NCBI RefSeq assembly: GCF_018350175.1
Contig: NC_058368.1
Coordinates: forward strand, 50,965,815-51,029,814
DNA from: Felis catus
Taxonomy: Eukaryota
Reading direction: 5' to 3'
Length of the DNA: 64,000 bases
In this document: positions 1 to 13,069 of the stretch, piece after piece
Numbering within the stretch: position 1 is the first letter of the stretch
How the letters are laid out: each line of letters opens with the position of its first letter
Position numbers and translations under genes: made by a program
Notes under the pieces: generated by a model
The model's database searches: none
Told to the model about the DNA's origin: nothing
What the model saw: the letters and a program-made list of their open reading frames with translations, nothing else

Positions 1-1045
1 GAATTCAGTAAAGAACATCTGGGTATCTCTGTCTCTTGGGATCCAGGACTCAGAATTTCAGCACAATCCATAGTCTTAGATATCTGCTCTCATTACTAAT
101 GCCATTCAAACCCCAGGGAAACTTCACATTCTGGCCCTGTCTTTGAAAGACACAACAACTGTATCCAAGTGCCATGAAGGTTGTATGGTCTATGCCACTG
201 CCAGTTTCAGTGATTGACAATGCTTCAGAGCACAGGGAGGATTCAAGCAGCCCAAATATTTAAGTAAGTGAAAAACAAATTAAAAAACGTGTCATAATCC
301 TCTCTGATACTATGAAATAATGGATTCTTGCATAATAAAGCATATCATTTCCCATTGCTACTAAGCATCCGTTGTCTTCCTTTTCTTCATGTTCCAAATT
401 GAGGTTCTAGAGACACTGGCAAATTAGCACACCACCATTCACAACAGTTGCATGTGGAAGATTAGGGACTTCCTTCTGTATTCAATAGTTCGTTACTCTT
501 AAATTATGCATATTTAAGTTTATACTCTTAAGCTATACATAGAGATCCAGACATGACATGCATGAAGCAAAATATCATTTCTTTATGCCCAGCAAGTAGA
601 TGGACATTGAACACTGGAAGTAATAATAGTTTTATTTTTATGGTCATATTTAAATGATTTAATTTATATTCAGAAAATTTTAATACCAGCTCTATTTAAA
701 AGATTCACTGCAATGTATGATAGCCATTAATTCCAATTTGAATTTTATCTCCTAATTTCAGTACATCTTTTTTAATATTTCAGAAAAAAATTGTCCTTTT
801 GAAAATATGAAAAGAGTTTTTTCAGGGTTTACGTTTATTTTCATTTATTTTTTAAATGTGTTCAAATCTTTTCCATTGTTAGTAAAACTATATTTTATCT
901 TTTTATACTTTAGATCACCGAGGTTCAAAACAAGCTAAAATCATGATAGAAAATATAAAACAAATTCAGAAACATTAAAAGGCTGAAATTTAAAATAGAA
1001 GATTTGTTGTAATAAAGAGACATTTGTCAAAATAAAAGGATAAGA

Positions 1046-1174
1046 GGGACGCCTGGGGGGCTCAAGTCAGTTAAGCATCCGACTCTTGACTTCGGCTCAG
1101 GTCATGATCTCATGGTTCATGAGTTTGAGCCCCAAGTCCAGCTCTGCTCAGACAGTGTGGACTCTGCTTGGGAT

Positions 1175-1218
<44 letters not shown>

Positions 1219-1290
1219 CCTCTCCCACGTGTGCTCATGCCACTCTCTCTCTCTCTTTCTCTCAAAATAAATAAATAAAAACTTTAATAT
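1046..1290 (+). mobile_element. CAN-SINE, older subfamily
   Basis: tRNA-derived head GGGACGCCTGG, (CT)n tract and A-rich tail; perfect 17-bp TSD AAAATAAAAGGATAAGA at 1029-1045 and 1291-1307. Confidence 0.95.
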
Positions 1291-1468
1291 AAAATAAAAG
1301 GATAAGATACATTTTATATAACATGTTCACTTGATTTATACTCTTAAGTCTTTAGACTTCTATATGTTAGTCTCCATTTTTACTCTTCCTCTGGGCCACA
1401 AAAATGATGGGAGCAGGACTGCTATGCACCCTAAAAAGGAGAGAAATAGAAAGACTTTTTTTTTTAAT

Positions 1469-1680
1469 ATTTTTTTCAACGTTTATTTATTTTTAGGACA
1501 GAGAGAGAACAGAACATGAACGGGGGAGGGGCAGAGAGAGAGGGGGACACAGAATCGGAAACAGGCTCCAGGCTCCGAGCCATCAGCCCAGAGCCTGATG
1601 CGGGGCTCGAACTCACGGACCGCAAGATCATGACCTGGCTGAAGTCGGACGCTTAACCGACTGCGCCACCCAGGCGCCCC
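1469..1680 (-). mobile_element. Young felid CAN-SINE (SINEC_Fc-type)
   Basis: Reverse complement begins GGGGCGCCTGGGTGGCGCAGTCGGTTAAGCGTCCGACTTCAGCCAGG; CpGs largely intact; T-tract tail on + strand. Confidence 0.96.
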
Positions 1681-1704
1681 AAGGGGAAGCTTATCTTTAA
1701 AATG

Positions 1705-1926
1705 TTTTTTTTTTAATTTTTTTAAACATTTATTTATCTTTGAGACAGAGAGAGACAGAGTATGAATGGGGGAGGGTCAGACAGAGAGGGAGACACAGAA
1801 TCAGAAACTGGCTCCAGGCTCTGAGCCATCAGCCCAGAGCCTGATGCGGGGCTCGAACTCACGGACCGTGAGATCATGACCTGGCTGAAGTCGGACGCTT
1901 AACCGACTGTGCCACCCAGGCACCCC
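1705..1926 (-). mobile_element. Young felid CAN-SINE (SINEC_Fc-type)
   Basis: Full head-to-tail SINE, same orientation as 1469-1680 and 24 bp from it. Confidence 0.96.
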
Positions 1927-3754
1927 AAGACTTTTTTTTTAATGTGCAGAGTTGTATTTCTAAGACCCTAAGCCTCTCTGCTGTGCAAATTTTGCCAGAA
2001 GAACTTAGTAAAATAATGGAAATAGCTGTATCTCTTGGAGTCTCTCTCATGAGACCGCTCCCACACACCCGCATGGCCAAGAACGGAGGGAGGGGCTCTA
2101 GAAGGAAGGGCCTTTTACTGTTGACCAAAGGGTGAGATGACCAAGCCCCAGGGGTCAGGAGGCAGAATTCCCGGCCATGGCAACTCCAAGGATAAATGCT
2201 CCAGCTCATGAGAGGTCAAGGCCAAGTCTTGCATGCCAAGTAGAGACACAGAGGCCACTCTACTGGACCAGAGAGGCCAGGACAGCTGGATTCCCAGCAA
2301 CAGCTGGGACTGGCAGCAGGCAGAGCACAAGGACAACAGCCCCCCAGGCAGTGACTGTATTACAAAGGTCCCTCTCCTCCTCTGTCTTCTGGACGATTCC
2401 CTGAGCAACACAATAATCATGACACATCATGGCTGGCCTCTTGAAAGAAGTGGCTGTTAATCCATAGCACCAGAGGATTACTACCAGGAAAGCCACCTGG
2501 GTCAGGTGACTCCCATAAGCTGGTGAAATCTAGGAAATATTCAGGTTCTATAGACACAGATGAAACTATTTTACATTAAATGTTATTAATATATCACAAT
2601 ATCCCAAGGCTGGTCCTCAAGTAATGTAAAACTTAAAAATAAAGACATTATTAAGCAAGATTAATCCATTAAAATTTTTTCCTGAATAAAATAAAATACT
2701 ATTTTGAGATACATTGTTAAAAATCTGGGCTTTTCAACTTTTTAAAATATATTTTATTAAGAAATCAAAAAGTCTCCAAAGACAATTTGGTTGGTTAGGT
2801 TTTTTAAGACATGACAGATATGTTTTACTCTTTTAGGCTGTAAACGTCACAGGCACTACTTAACCAAAAGGAATAAACACACTTGAGAGAGATGCTGCAT
2901 GCTCTAAATCAAACACAGCAAAGAAAAAGCAATGGGAAAGGATCCTTCCCCAGAGAACCATAAAATGTGTTATGCCTTGTCAGGGCAGGGGCTGGGGGCG
3001 GGGGTGATTCTCTTCGTTTGCACCATTCCCTTAAAAATAAACTGGGAACTTCTCTCTCTGCCTGGGATTTTTGCCTCTGGGAGACAATTCCAGTTGAGAA
3101 CTTGTGTCCAGTCATGAATGAAAGTGTGAGAACTTTCTAGAATAATATGTTCTGTCATTTCCATTTCACAAAGAAGCTTTAACTCCCTCAGCCACATTTA
3201 GGTCTGTCCAGTGACGCTGGAGGTCCATGAAGGAGGTGGCTTTTCCCAGATGGGTCCACCCTAAGCACATGAAGGGAACTGAAATAGACACAATCAGTGG
3301 AACTGTCTGCATGGTTACTATTTCTCCCCTGTTACAAAGGAATATTTTCGTCAGATCATTTAAATAGGCATAATATTTATCACACGTTAGCTCTCCAAGA
3401 ACATTTTAAAAGGACTCTTCCAACTGACCTCCTTTAAACAATGATGCCTCTCTACCTAATCCTTAAGAGACAGAAAACAGAGATCCAGAGACATTGCCAT
3501 ATACTCAGGGTAGGCTAATAAATCCCAGTCTGCAAATACAAACAAGCCATCTGTCACCCGTGAGAGCTGGAAGCCAAAGGGACATGAGCTATCACAATCC
3601 ACTGACGTTAAAGTCCAAACCACAAGGCAGCCTGAGTAAATTGGGGACTCAAGGCCACCCTGGAAGGGCAGCCACACTTGAAGCCCAGGTGACATTTCCT
3701 CCAACAGCGTCAGAAACACACGCTGAAGTCTCCACTGAGGATCCAGTAGGGTTC

Positions 3755-4166
3755 TGTATTAGGGCTCTCCAGAGAAACGAAACCAACAGCTACACACACA
3801 CGCGCACACACACACACACACAGAGCAATTCATTTTAAGTCATTGGCTCAAGTGATGGTAGGAACTGGCAGGTCCAGGACGGACTGGGAAGTTCCAGCAG
3901 GAGTTGATATTGCAGTCTCGAGGTCACAGACAGACTGCCAGCAGAATTCCTTTCTCTTCCAGGACCTCGGTGCTTTCTCAAAAGCCCTTCAATTAATTGA
4001 ACGAGGCCCACCCATATCGTGGAGGTTAATCTGCCTTACTCTAAGTGCACTGATCGAAATGTGAATCACATCTAAAGGATACTTTCACAGCCAGTATTTA
4101 GACTCGTGTTTGGCCAAACAACTGGGCCCCATGTAGGCAGGTTGACACACAAAATTAAACTCCACA
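3755..4166 (-). mobile_element. MLT2-family (ERVL) solo LTR
   Basis: TG...CA termini; 5-bp TSD GGTTC at 3750-3754 and 4167-4171; reverse strand starts TGTGGAGTTTAATTTTGTGTGTCAAC like recalled MLT2 consensus; internal CA repeat near 3792-3820. Confidence 0.88.
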
Positions 4167-5811
4167 GGTTCCAGCAAGCCTGGGCTCCCCGCCAAGATGC
4201 TCCAAGCTCTGCAACCCATTTGCCAGGTCACTTAGCAAGGGAGCTAATCCATCCTGCACAAGGACAAAGTCACCCCCCACGCCCCCTGGCACCATCCCAA
4301 ACACAGGCAAGGATCCCAGAGCCCCAGACAGTGCTCAGCCACCTCAAATCCCAAGGGTAGGTTTCTCCTCCTCAGAGCACAACACCCTGTCTGAACATGG
4401 AAAATGGGGTTCTTCTATCCCGTACCCACGCACGGACCCCAACAGGAGACTCTCCCTTCACAACTGCCTGGAACAAGAGTTGAACTGAACAATCAATGCA
4501 GTCACACAATCTACCCATCACTTTTAGTCTCTCAAACGTCCAAACAAGACAGTCTTAAACATTTATAAAGCACCCAGATCCCTGGATTGCTTAAAAACTG
4601 AGCACTTTCAGCATCCCAACACTTACACATACTAGCAAATATGCTCACTTACTCTCTAAGCCTACTCTAAGTTTTAGAAGTCAAGCCTTTCCCTACTGTT
4701 TTTGATAACAGAAATTATAGCAGAGTGAAAACACTGATAGAAGAAGATCCATCTCAGGCTTAGAAGCCACCGTGTGAAACGGGTCCAGGCAGCCACAGGG
4801 CTCATCAGGAGGCAGAGAACAAAAAACAAAACAAGAGGGAAAGCACAGAGCTCTCATCGCCTTAGAGCCGGAATCACTTTCACACACACAGGCTTCATGA
4901 AGAGTTCTGGAGGCTAAGGGAGAGGAATGTTGGTCAGCAGAGTGAAAAAAAAATATGAACAGCATCACCACAAGGGATTACATTTTCCAACTTCTTAGTC
5001 ATTCTCCAGCAAGACAACTGCAAGCCACTGTAGCATCATAATATGAGTTATTGCAGATCCTGGTAGCACGAGAGAAATTAAATTAGTCCCTCCATTCTTA
5101 GCACAATAGATTATTCACAGGGTAATGGACAGTTGCATCACCCAAGGAGCCTTGTTTTAAACAGGGAAGTGGCCATCATTTCTGCTTCTTGCTGTCTCTC
5201 CCCTAAGAGGGAAGCTGAACAGCAGGAACAGCTAATGTTGTGCACCTTGTTATCATCATCGGTAACTAACGTCTACCGAGCATTAAGGGGACGCTAAGTG
5301 CCTAGCAGAGACTAACGCGGCCAAGAGGGCCCTCGCCCTAATTTTGGCCCCCAAACATCAGCAAAGACCAACCACCGAAATCCATAGCAAAAGGATACAG
5401 CAGACTTGCCTCATCAAACCGAAAACTGCCTGATTACACAACAGGAAAAAGAAGTGGCCAGAAAAGAACTTGAAAGAGGAAAGCTGATTTTTAGAAATGT
5501 GTCATTTCTTTCCTTTACCCATTGACCTCTGCTGTAGGACGTTTTTAACAAAGGGATAATTATTTACAAAAATGGCCCAAGGCATGCTAGCGAAAAGACC
5601 TGAAAATTATTAAAGATTCCTTGCGGGACAGAGGAGGTTTTGATTTCTGACGAAGGAAAAAGTTCTTCATCGTTCAAGTTGTAGTTAGAGTCCCTCGTAA
5701 AACCGAAAACTTCTAATAACCCTGTTGCCACATCTTGAATTTGACAAACAAAGGAAATTTCCCTAAAACAAACAGGAAATCCGCATTCCTGTTTTATAGT
5801 GGATCATTTTG

Positions 5812-6010
5812 GCCTGAGTCAAATCCCTTTTATACTAACCATGTGACTTTAAACAACTCACTTAACTTTTGTGTCTCAGTTTCCTCATTTGTAACATGGA
5901 GATAACAATGAAACCAGACTCGAAGTGTTACTGGGAGGGTTGCATGAAATCACACAACTGCCTAGCCCAGAACCTGGCATGTAGTAGGTACTCAGTGAAT
6001 GTTAACCATA
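5812..6010 (+). mobile_element. MIR SINE
   Basis: Core TGTGACTTT...CTCAGTTTCCTCATTTGTAACATGGAGATAAC and MIR-type 3' end CCTGGCATGTAGTAGGTACTCAGTGAATGTT. Confidence 0.85.
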
Positions 6011-6569
6011 ATTGTATCGGAAAAGAGCGCTTTGCAAGCTGTCAGGTACGACACAAATGCGGGTTACCTTCCATGGCATGAACGGTCACAGAATCAGCTT
6101 GTAACTGCTTCCAAATTACATGTTTCCCTTCTGTAAACAGACCCACGGGACAAAATGCGTCCCATCCTGGTGAGTTTCCTGTCTGGCCAGAGGAGGCTGA
6201 AGTAACAAGGGGGCAAGGGGGCACCCTCCAAAGCCGGGGAGGAAGGTGAGGCAAGAGTGCAGCTTCCAAACTCCCTGCATCGTTGTAACGGAGTTGAAGG
6301 CCCATAACCCCTGGAAAGTCATTCTGTCCTGGCTGAATGACATTGCTGGTACAGCTGGAAGTTTCATCTTGCACTGGTTATTAACCCTTAAAGTTTTCAG
6401 CCAGTCAACTGACAGAGAGGATAACTTGCTGGTAGCATTAGGTACTTGGGAGCCTACCATGGAACAGCAAGAATGATGGACTCAACATTCAGCCATCTTT
6501 CCCCTTTCTCCCCTCAATACACACACTCTGCGCAAGGCTGTCAGTCCTATACACAGGGAGGCAACCTGC

Positions 6570-6760
6570 TGTGATACTGAAGGGAAGGCCCATGGCCAGA
6601 CTACATGGATTCAAATGCTGTGTGACTTTGAGAAAGTTACCTCACTTCTCTGAACCACAGGTATAAGCAAATCATGGAAATGCTTATACCAGAGGGTTGT
6701 GATGATTAAATGTGATAATATATTTTTTTAAATGTAGGTGATCAATAAACATTGGCTATT
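6570..6760 (+). mobile_element. MIR SINE with altered core
   Basis: CCAGACTACATGGATTCAAATGCTGTGTGACTTTGAGAAAGTTAC and AGGGTTGTGATGATTAAATG match MIR. Confidence 0.7.
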
Positions 6761-7599
6761 AGAATCACCATCCTCATCACCATCATCTTCAATCATCATC
6801 TGCATGGTTATTACACACGTTCCTCCTTCCTGTCAGGGCATCCACCCGCAAGTCTGACAGTCCAGCCTCCTCTCTGCAAAACTACCAAATCTTCCGTGGC
6901 AACCAGTAACACTAAGTAACGACAGAATAGGAGGCCAGGTGCAGACGGGTCACAAATGCATTACACCAGAGGCCTGGATTAGGACAGGTCACATGCATGC
7001 AAAAGGCCTCTAGCACTTGGGCATCCAGGAGGAATGAAATACCATAGCCTTCAAGGCACTAAGGTTTAACACACAGCACAAGAGAACATTCCTTGGGAAT
7101 GACTAATCTGAGCCTGTTTCACAGATGAGCAAAGTAGGGTGCAGAGGTAAAGGACCTGCCCAATGGGTTTGCATCAGAGACAGGAACCCAAGCCTCCCGA
7201 GGTCTGTCTAGCCCAGGGCTCTTCCATCACTCCCCACCAGCTTACTGACAAGTTGTACAAACTCTGATCCAGGTTTAGGCAGCCGAGAAAGGCAGGTTCA
7301 GTGCTGAGCCTCACCCCCTGGGGACTCTCGAAGCTACATCTACCAGTAAGCTGACTTTCTTCCCCTCCCTCCCTGTTTCAGGTCAGTTCCGCTTTCCCTC
7401 TGAGGTTCCAGACAGCCTTGCAACGAGATGCAGCTGGAACACAGCTTTTGCAATAAAACGCGGGGCCGAGGTCAAAACCTACTCCCACCCGTCTCTTCTC
7501 GTCCTTACTCACCCACGTTTCCTCTCCACTCTGGTCCTCACATTGGGGCCTTTTGACCACAAGCCCTACAGACTCTCCCAGGGAGCCCTTATTTCCCTA

Positions 7600-7960
7600 C
7601 TTCTGTCTCCTTCTGCCCCATCATCTTTGTTCTCACCTTCTGCATGAATGCCTTTCTAACCCCCACCCCAGGCTCGCCACTTGGGTATCCCTCCCTTTTC
7701 TGGTAAATCTCAATACCAGCATCCTGAGCTCAGCCTCCTTCTGAATCACTTCCACCCACTGCCCAGATGGGATTCAAGTACCTCCCTTGCTGGTTCCCAA
7801 ATGTGTATTTCCAGCCTTGCTTTTTTGCACTCGCCACGCTTTTCACATTTCTGCTTGCACAGTACCTACAGCTCTTCGAGGGCAGTGACCATCTGCTGTC
7901 ACATCCCTGGGACATAGCACAGTGCCTGGATTCTCAATAAATATTTGTTTGAGTGAATGT
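7600..7960 (+). mobile_element. L2 LINE 3' fragment
   Basis: Pyrimidine-rich; ends GCACAGTGCCTGGATTCTCAATAAATATTTGTTTGAGTGAATG like the L2 terminus. Confidence 0.65.
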
Positions 7961-8569
7961 AACACAAGTAAAAATATCTCGACTCTTTCATTTAGCTAAA
8001 ACGGCCATTGTTTGCATGTTAGTGGCTTAAACCCCTTTCACGTTCCTTCACTGATGAAATACGCAACTGTTCTTTTTCCTGTTCGCCTATGATTTCCATA
8101 CCTCCCCTCATGAGGCATGGTCTCTTCTCCCTTTTTCTCTCCTCCAAAATCCATGATTTCAAAATTAACCTCTCAGCTCAAAGAATAAAGAGAGACACAA
8201 GGTCACAAGTGTTGCAGGATGTAGAATCTTTGACTACACGGGAAGTACAGCCCTTGCGACGACAGATACATGGCAATAACGGTAGAAGGATCTCACTGCA
8301 TACAGCGTCCGCGCTGTGGCTGAACAAAGGTGCGCTTGAAAGCCCCACGGCCACACTCAGGATCACCCACCCTAACAGGCACTCCGTGCTGCCCAAGAAG
8401 CATGCAAGTCTCCTCTGGGGCGCCCCTCCTGGCTCTCCTTCCCACTTTCCCCTTTTTCCTCAAACGTCCAGCCCCACCTACCCACTCTCACCCTCAGCTG
8501 CTGTGGCCTTGCCTACTCTTCCACTGGAAAGACAGGGTCCACCGCAAGAGAACTCCTGTGAGCTCGCAC

Positions 8570-9470
8570 CTCCGCACGCTGCCCCGCCTATCTATGTCTG
8601 TACCCTCGAACCCTCCTTCTCTCCCGAGAAAGGCCAGGGCTTCCACCTGTGCGCTAGATCCCAGGCTTTCCTGCCTCTCCTCGGGCATTTCTTCAGCTGT
8701 TCTTTCCTCTCTCGTGCAGCATCCATTTTTCCTTCTTAAACTAGATGCCTCCGTCAGACACGACATACCCTTTCCTTCCCATCTTAAAAAAGGAAAAATT
8801 TTAAAAACCCAGACCTCTCCTTAGTTACTTCCACATTTTCTCCTTCCCTTTCTAGCAAAGTTTCCCCAGAAGTTTTCACAAGCGGTGAACTTAACCCTTT
8901 GCGTCGTGACTTGAATCTATGCCACTCATATTTTTACCCTCAAAGCTCCATCAAGGTCCCCGATGCCTGCCACGTCGCTAAAACTATGGTTTTGTCTTTG
9001 TCGCATTGACATTTCAGCAGTTTTTGTGACAGGCTTTAACTATCTTTTTTTAACTCCTCTTCACTGGCTCTTCTCCAGTTTTTCTCCTACGTGTCCGGAC
9101 AGTCCATCCTGATCTTCCTTCCCGGTTGCCCTTCATCTCCCAAATCTCTAAATGTTGGAGTATCCCAAGCCCGGCCCTAAATGCTCCGTACTCACTCCCT
9201 TGGTAATCTCCTCTGGATTTGTATTTCGAAATACCATTTCCGTGCTAATGATTTCCAAAGATGTCAAATAGGCATCTTAAATTTATCATGACTAAAACTA
9301 AACTCTTGATACATAACCCCAAATTAGCCCCTTTACGGTTAATTGCGACTGCATTCTTCAGTTGCTGAGGCCAAAACTCTTGGAGTAATCTTTAGATCCT
9401 TTTTCCATTTACCCTACATCAGCTTGGTCAGCAAACTCTGTTGACTCTGCTTATTTTTTGCCTTCGTCAG
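8570..9470 (+). mobile_element. L2 LINE, upstream part of an interrupted copy
   Basis: L2-like blocks such as CTCTAAATGTTGGAGTATCCCAAG and TCAGTTGCTGAGGCCAAAACTCTTGGAGTAATC. Confidence 0.75.
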
Positions 9471-9667
9471 CATCTTCTATTATTATTAAAGGGCTCTACG
9501 CCTCACACAACTTCGGAAATTGAAAAGGAACCACGAATGCTATCAAGAATGCCAAAGAATGCAGAAGACCCCACGAAAGAACCACAACTCTGCCTGACCC
9601 TCGGAACCCTCTTCATTCCCTGCCTCCCCTGATGGTTCTCCCCACATCTGCTAACAATATTGCTTAA

Positions 9668-10686
9668 CTTTTTGTTCTGAAGAAATTATATATTCACAGG
9701 AAGTTGCAAAGATAGTACAGAGATCCCACGTGCTCTTCACCCAGTTTGCGTTGAGGTTGCATCTTACGGATGACTATAGCACAACATCAAAACCAGGAAA
9801 TCAACGTTGGGGTACACGTACCATGCCAGTTAGTAAAAAATGTGGGTTCCTGTAAGCACCACTGCAAGCGAGATACAGAGCTGGTCTATTGTCACAAAGG
9901 ACTTCCCCATGCCACCACTTTATAATCACATCCACCTCCCCCCATGCCTCCCCCCTGCAGAGTACTAATCTGTTTTCCATCCCTTTAATTGTGTCATTTG
10001 GATAAAGTCGTGTAAATGGAGCCACACAACATGTGATCCTTTGGGACTGGCTGTTTTTCACTCAGCGTTACCCATGAAGTCCTTAGAAGTTATTGTATGT
10101 ATCAGGGCGCCTGGGTGGCTCAGTCAGTTGAGCGTCCGACTTCTGCTCAGGTCATGATCTCATGGTTCATGGGTTCAAGCCCTGCATTGGGCTCTGTGCT
10201 GACAACTCAGAGCCTGGAGCCTGCTTCAGATTCTGTGTCTCCCTCTCTTTCTGCCCCTCCCCTGCTTGCTCTCACTCTGTCTCTCTCTCTCTCCCTGTCA
10301 AAAGTAAATAAACATTAAAAGAGTTTAAGAAATTATTGTATGTATCACTAATTTCTTCCTTTTTAGTTGCTGAATAGTATTCTATGGTATGGATGTCCCA
10401 CAGTTGTTTAACCATGTACTTATTGAAGGACCTTGTGGTTGCTTCCGGTTTTTCACTATTACATAGGAAAATGCTATGAATAACCCTGTATAGGTTTTTG
10501 TGTAAACATAAGTATTCATTTCTCTGAGATAACTGCCCAGGAGTGCAATTGCTAGGCTGCATGATAAGTGTATATTTAGGGTTTTGTGTTTGTTTGTTGT
10601 TGGGGGGGGGGGGTTGTTTTTGTTTTTGTTTTTTAGAAACCGCCAAACCACTTTTCAGAGCGACTGTATGTACCATTTTTACATTC
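9668..10686 (-). mobile_element. Ancient L1 (L1MC/L1MD-type) 3' end, interrupted by a SINE
   Basis: TTCACAGGAAGTTGCAAAGATAGTACAGAG resembles the L1MC 3' UTR; ORF 10272-10742(-) has L1 ORF2 C-terminal-like words (LWDIHTIEYYSATKK). Confidence 0.85.
10105..10327 (+). mobile_element. Felid CAN-SINE nested in L1
   Basis: Full SINE; TSD AGAA(G/A)TTATTGTATGTATCA at 10085-10104 and 10328-10347. Confidence 0.95.
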
Positions 10687-10689
10687 TGG

Positions 10690-11385
10690 GATATTTCCAG
10701 AATCCAACCACTTCTCACCACCAGGCCAGAATCCCGATCCAAGTCATAGTCCTCCCTCCCCGGATCATGTTAGGAGTGCCCTAACAGTCCTCTCTACTTT
10801 GACCTGTGTTGTCTCCCTACCCCTTCTGTCTATTTTCACTCAGCTGCATGAGCGATCCCAGGAAGGTGAAAATCAGGCTCTGTACTCCTCTGTCTGAGAC
10901 CAAGCACTAGCTTCCCATGCCACCCTGAGTAAAGTCAAATTCCTTACCATGATATCCTTTGGTTTTCCCTGTTCTCTGGCTCTATTCCCCCGTCACTGCC
11001 CATCACTCACTCCCCTGCAGCTATGGCAATGGCCTTCCTGCTCTGCCTACATGTGCCACACACTCTCTTGTCAGCACAGAGCCCAATCTGCTGTTTCCTT
11101 TTCCTGAAAGGCTCTTCCACACAGCTCATTCCCAAACTCCTCCAAGTCTTTGTTCAAGCACCCCTCTCAGTTATGCTTTCCTAGCCATTCTACCTCCCTC
11201 CCAGCCTTCTGTGCATTATCACCGCATACGTAACTGACCTTGGCTATTCTCTCTCACCCTTCCCTAGAACGCAAGCACCTTGAAGGCAAGGATTTGACAC
11301 TGCTGAATTCCCAGTGTCCGAAATGATTCCTGGCACACAATAGATGCTCAATAAATATGTTGTAAGTGGATGGATAGATGAGTAA
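10690..11385 (+). mobile_element. L2 LINE 3' part, continuation of 8570-9470
   Basis: Ends CCTGGCACACAATAGATGCTCAATAAATATGTTG with TGGA/TGAA-type tail. Confidence 0.8.
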
Positions 11386-11488
11386 ACAATCACTGACTAG
11401 AAAAATATGATTGCCAGCATTTCATGTTTGCTCTCAATGTCCCTGTGTACAATGCCATTCAGAGCACATTGAAATGGAGGTGAAAACT

Positions 11489-11712
11489 GGGGCATCTGGG
11501 TGACTCAGTCAGTTGAGCACCGACTCTTGGTTTTGGCTCCAGTCATGATCTCTCGGTTCATGAGTTTAATCCTTGCATGGGGCTCTGGGCTGGGATGCAG
11601 AGCTTGCTTGGGATTCTCTCTCTCTCCCTCTCTCTCTGCCCCTCCCCTTTTTCCTCCCTCTCTCTCTCTATCTCAAAATAAATAAATAAGATTTTAAAAA
11701 AATTTTTAAAAA
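11489..11712 (+). mobile_element. CAN-SINE, older subfamily
   Basis: Diverged head GGGGCATCTGGGTGACTCAG, CT tract, AATAAA tail. Confidence 0.92.
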
Positions 11713-12134
11713 GGCACCAAGAGCATTTACAGATATTTCCAGGAAATAGTGACAAATACATATTGGTAAATGGATACATCAACAGTGCCTGGGGATACCT
11801 GGCTAGATTCCTTGCATTTCTGCATCTCTAGAACAAAACTCTGGAACAAAACTCTGAAGTGTCACATCAGAACACACAGCTCAGGAAGCCGCAAACCCAT
11901 TCCCTGATAACCTAGAGAACAAGGCACATACAATTCACTTCCACCCTTTGGTTGTCAATCCAAACCCAAGGACAGAATCTTTCATTCCTATGATGATTGT
12001 TTCTCAAAGCCTAAAAGAATGAAATGTCACCTCATTACCCACTGTATTACACTTTGAACTAACATTATGCTTAGTAAGGGAGAATGTAACCAAAACAACA
12101 GGCAAAGAGTTCGCAGCAGGTGTAAGAAAGTTTA

Positions 12135-12368
12135 GGGGCGCCTGGGTGGCGCAGTCGGTTGAGCGTCCGACTTCAGCCAGGTCACGATCTCGCGGTCCGT
12201 GAGTTCGAGCCCCGCATCGGGCTCTGGGCTGATGATGGCTCAGAGCCTGGAGCCTGTTTCCGATTCTGTGTCTCCCTCTCTCTCTGCTCCTCCCCCGTTC
12301 ATGCTCTGTCTCTCTCTGTCCCAAAAATAAATAAACGTTGAAAAAAAAAATTTAAAAAAAAAAAAAAA
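12135..12368 (+). mobile_element. Young felid CAN-SINE
   Basis: Near-consensus head, intact CpGs, long A tail, private GAT duplication (GCTGATGATGGC). Confidence 0.96.
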
Positions 12369-12870
12369 GTTCAAAGCCAATAAGGAGAGCTTGTTAATAG
12401 GCTGACAGGTACCATTAAAAGGCATGGATGTGCTAGAAAATAATCTAAATAGGCTAATTTATACTTTGCTTACTGATGTCAATTGTTATTTTTTTTTGAG
12501 TGCTTGCTATGGAAATAGCCATATTATTATGTGCCGAGGTCATATTAATTCAACCAATCCCCCTGGATACTATGAGGAGGTAGACACTGTAATGGGTCCC
12601 AGATTACAGAGAGCTCTAGCAACATGTCCAAAGACACACTGCCAACGAATGAGGCCCCGAGCCTCCCAAGCCCCGGCAGCCTGGCTCTGGATTGTGTTCT
12701 GCACTTTGGCTCTTCATCTTGTGTTAACATCTGAGCTAAAATATGTTACCCTCAGCATCTTGTTAAAAATTTAAGACCATCCAAGAGGTAAAGGAAGAGA
12801 GAACTTAAGAGCTGAACTAAGTAACCTACAAAGTGGTAAAGATGGTTTCCAACTCAGGGGCCTGACCCTT

Positions 12871-13069
12871 TTTTTTTTTTTTAACGTTTATTTATTTTTG
12901 AGAGAGACAGAGACAGAGAGCGAGCAGGGGAGGGGCAGGAGAGAGAGAGGGGAACACAGAATCTGAGGCAGGCTCCAGGCTCTGAGCCATCAGCACAGAG
13001 CCCGATGCGGGGCTCGAGCTCACAACTGCGAGATCATGACCTGAGCCGAAGTCAGACACTTAACCAACT
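12871..13069 (-). mobile_element. 5'-truncated felid CAN-SINE
   Basis: Lacks the first ~20 nt of the head; flanked by CCAACTCAGGGGCCTGAC(C/T)CTT at 12849-12870 and 13064-13085. Confidence 0.93.

Noticed and set aside
1..6. Window begins with GAATTC (EcoRI site)
   Set aside because: May mark a clone end or be chance; not a biological feature
5558..6131. Minus-strand open stretches with splice-like edges (EGKHVIWKQLQADSVTVHAME; EISFVCQIQDVATG...)
   Set aside because: The two pieces are phase-incompatible, splice sites are mediocre and no protein is recognisable
8089..8824. 216-aa and 164-aa ORFs
   Set aside because: Pro/Ser/Leu-rich, overlap each other and run into decayed L2; C-rich DNA is depleted of stop codons
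12004..12425. Recurrent peptides such as MGQRETEHERGRGRERGRHRIGNRLQ and MSVRLQPGHDLAVREFEP
   Set aside because: Translations of CAN-SINE copies, not a gene family
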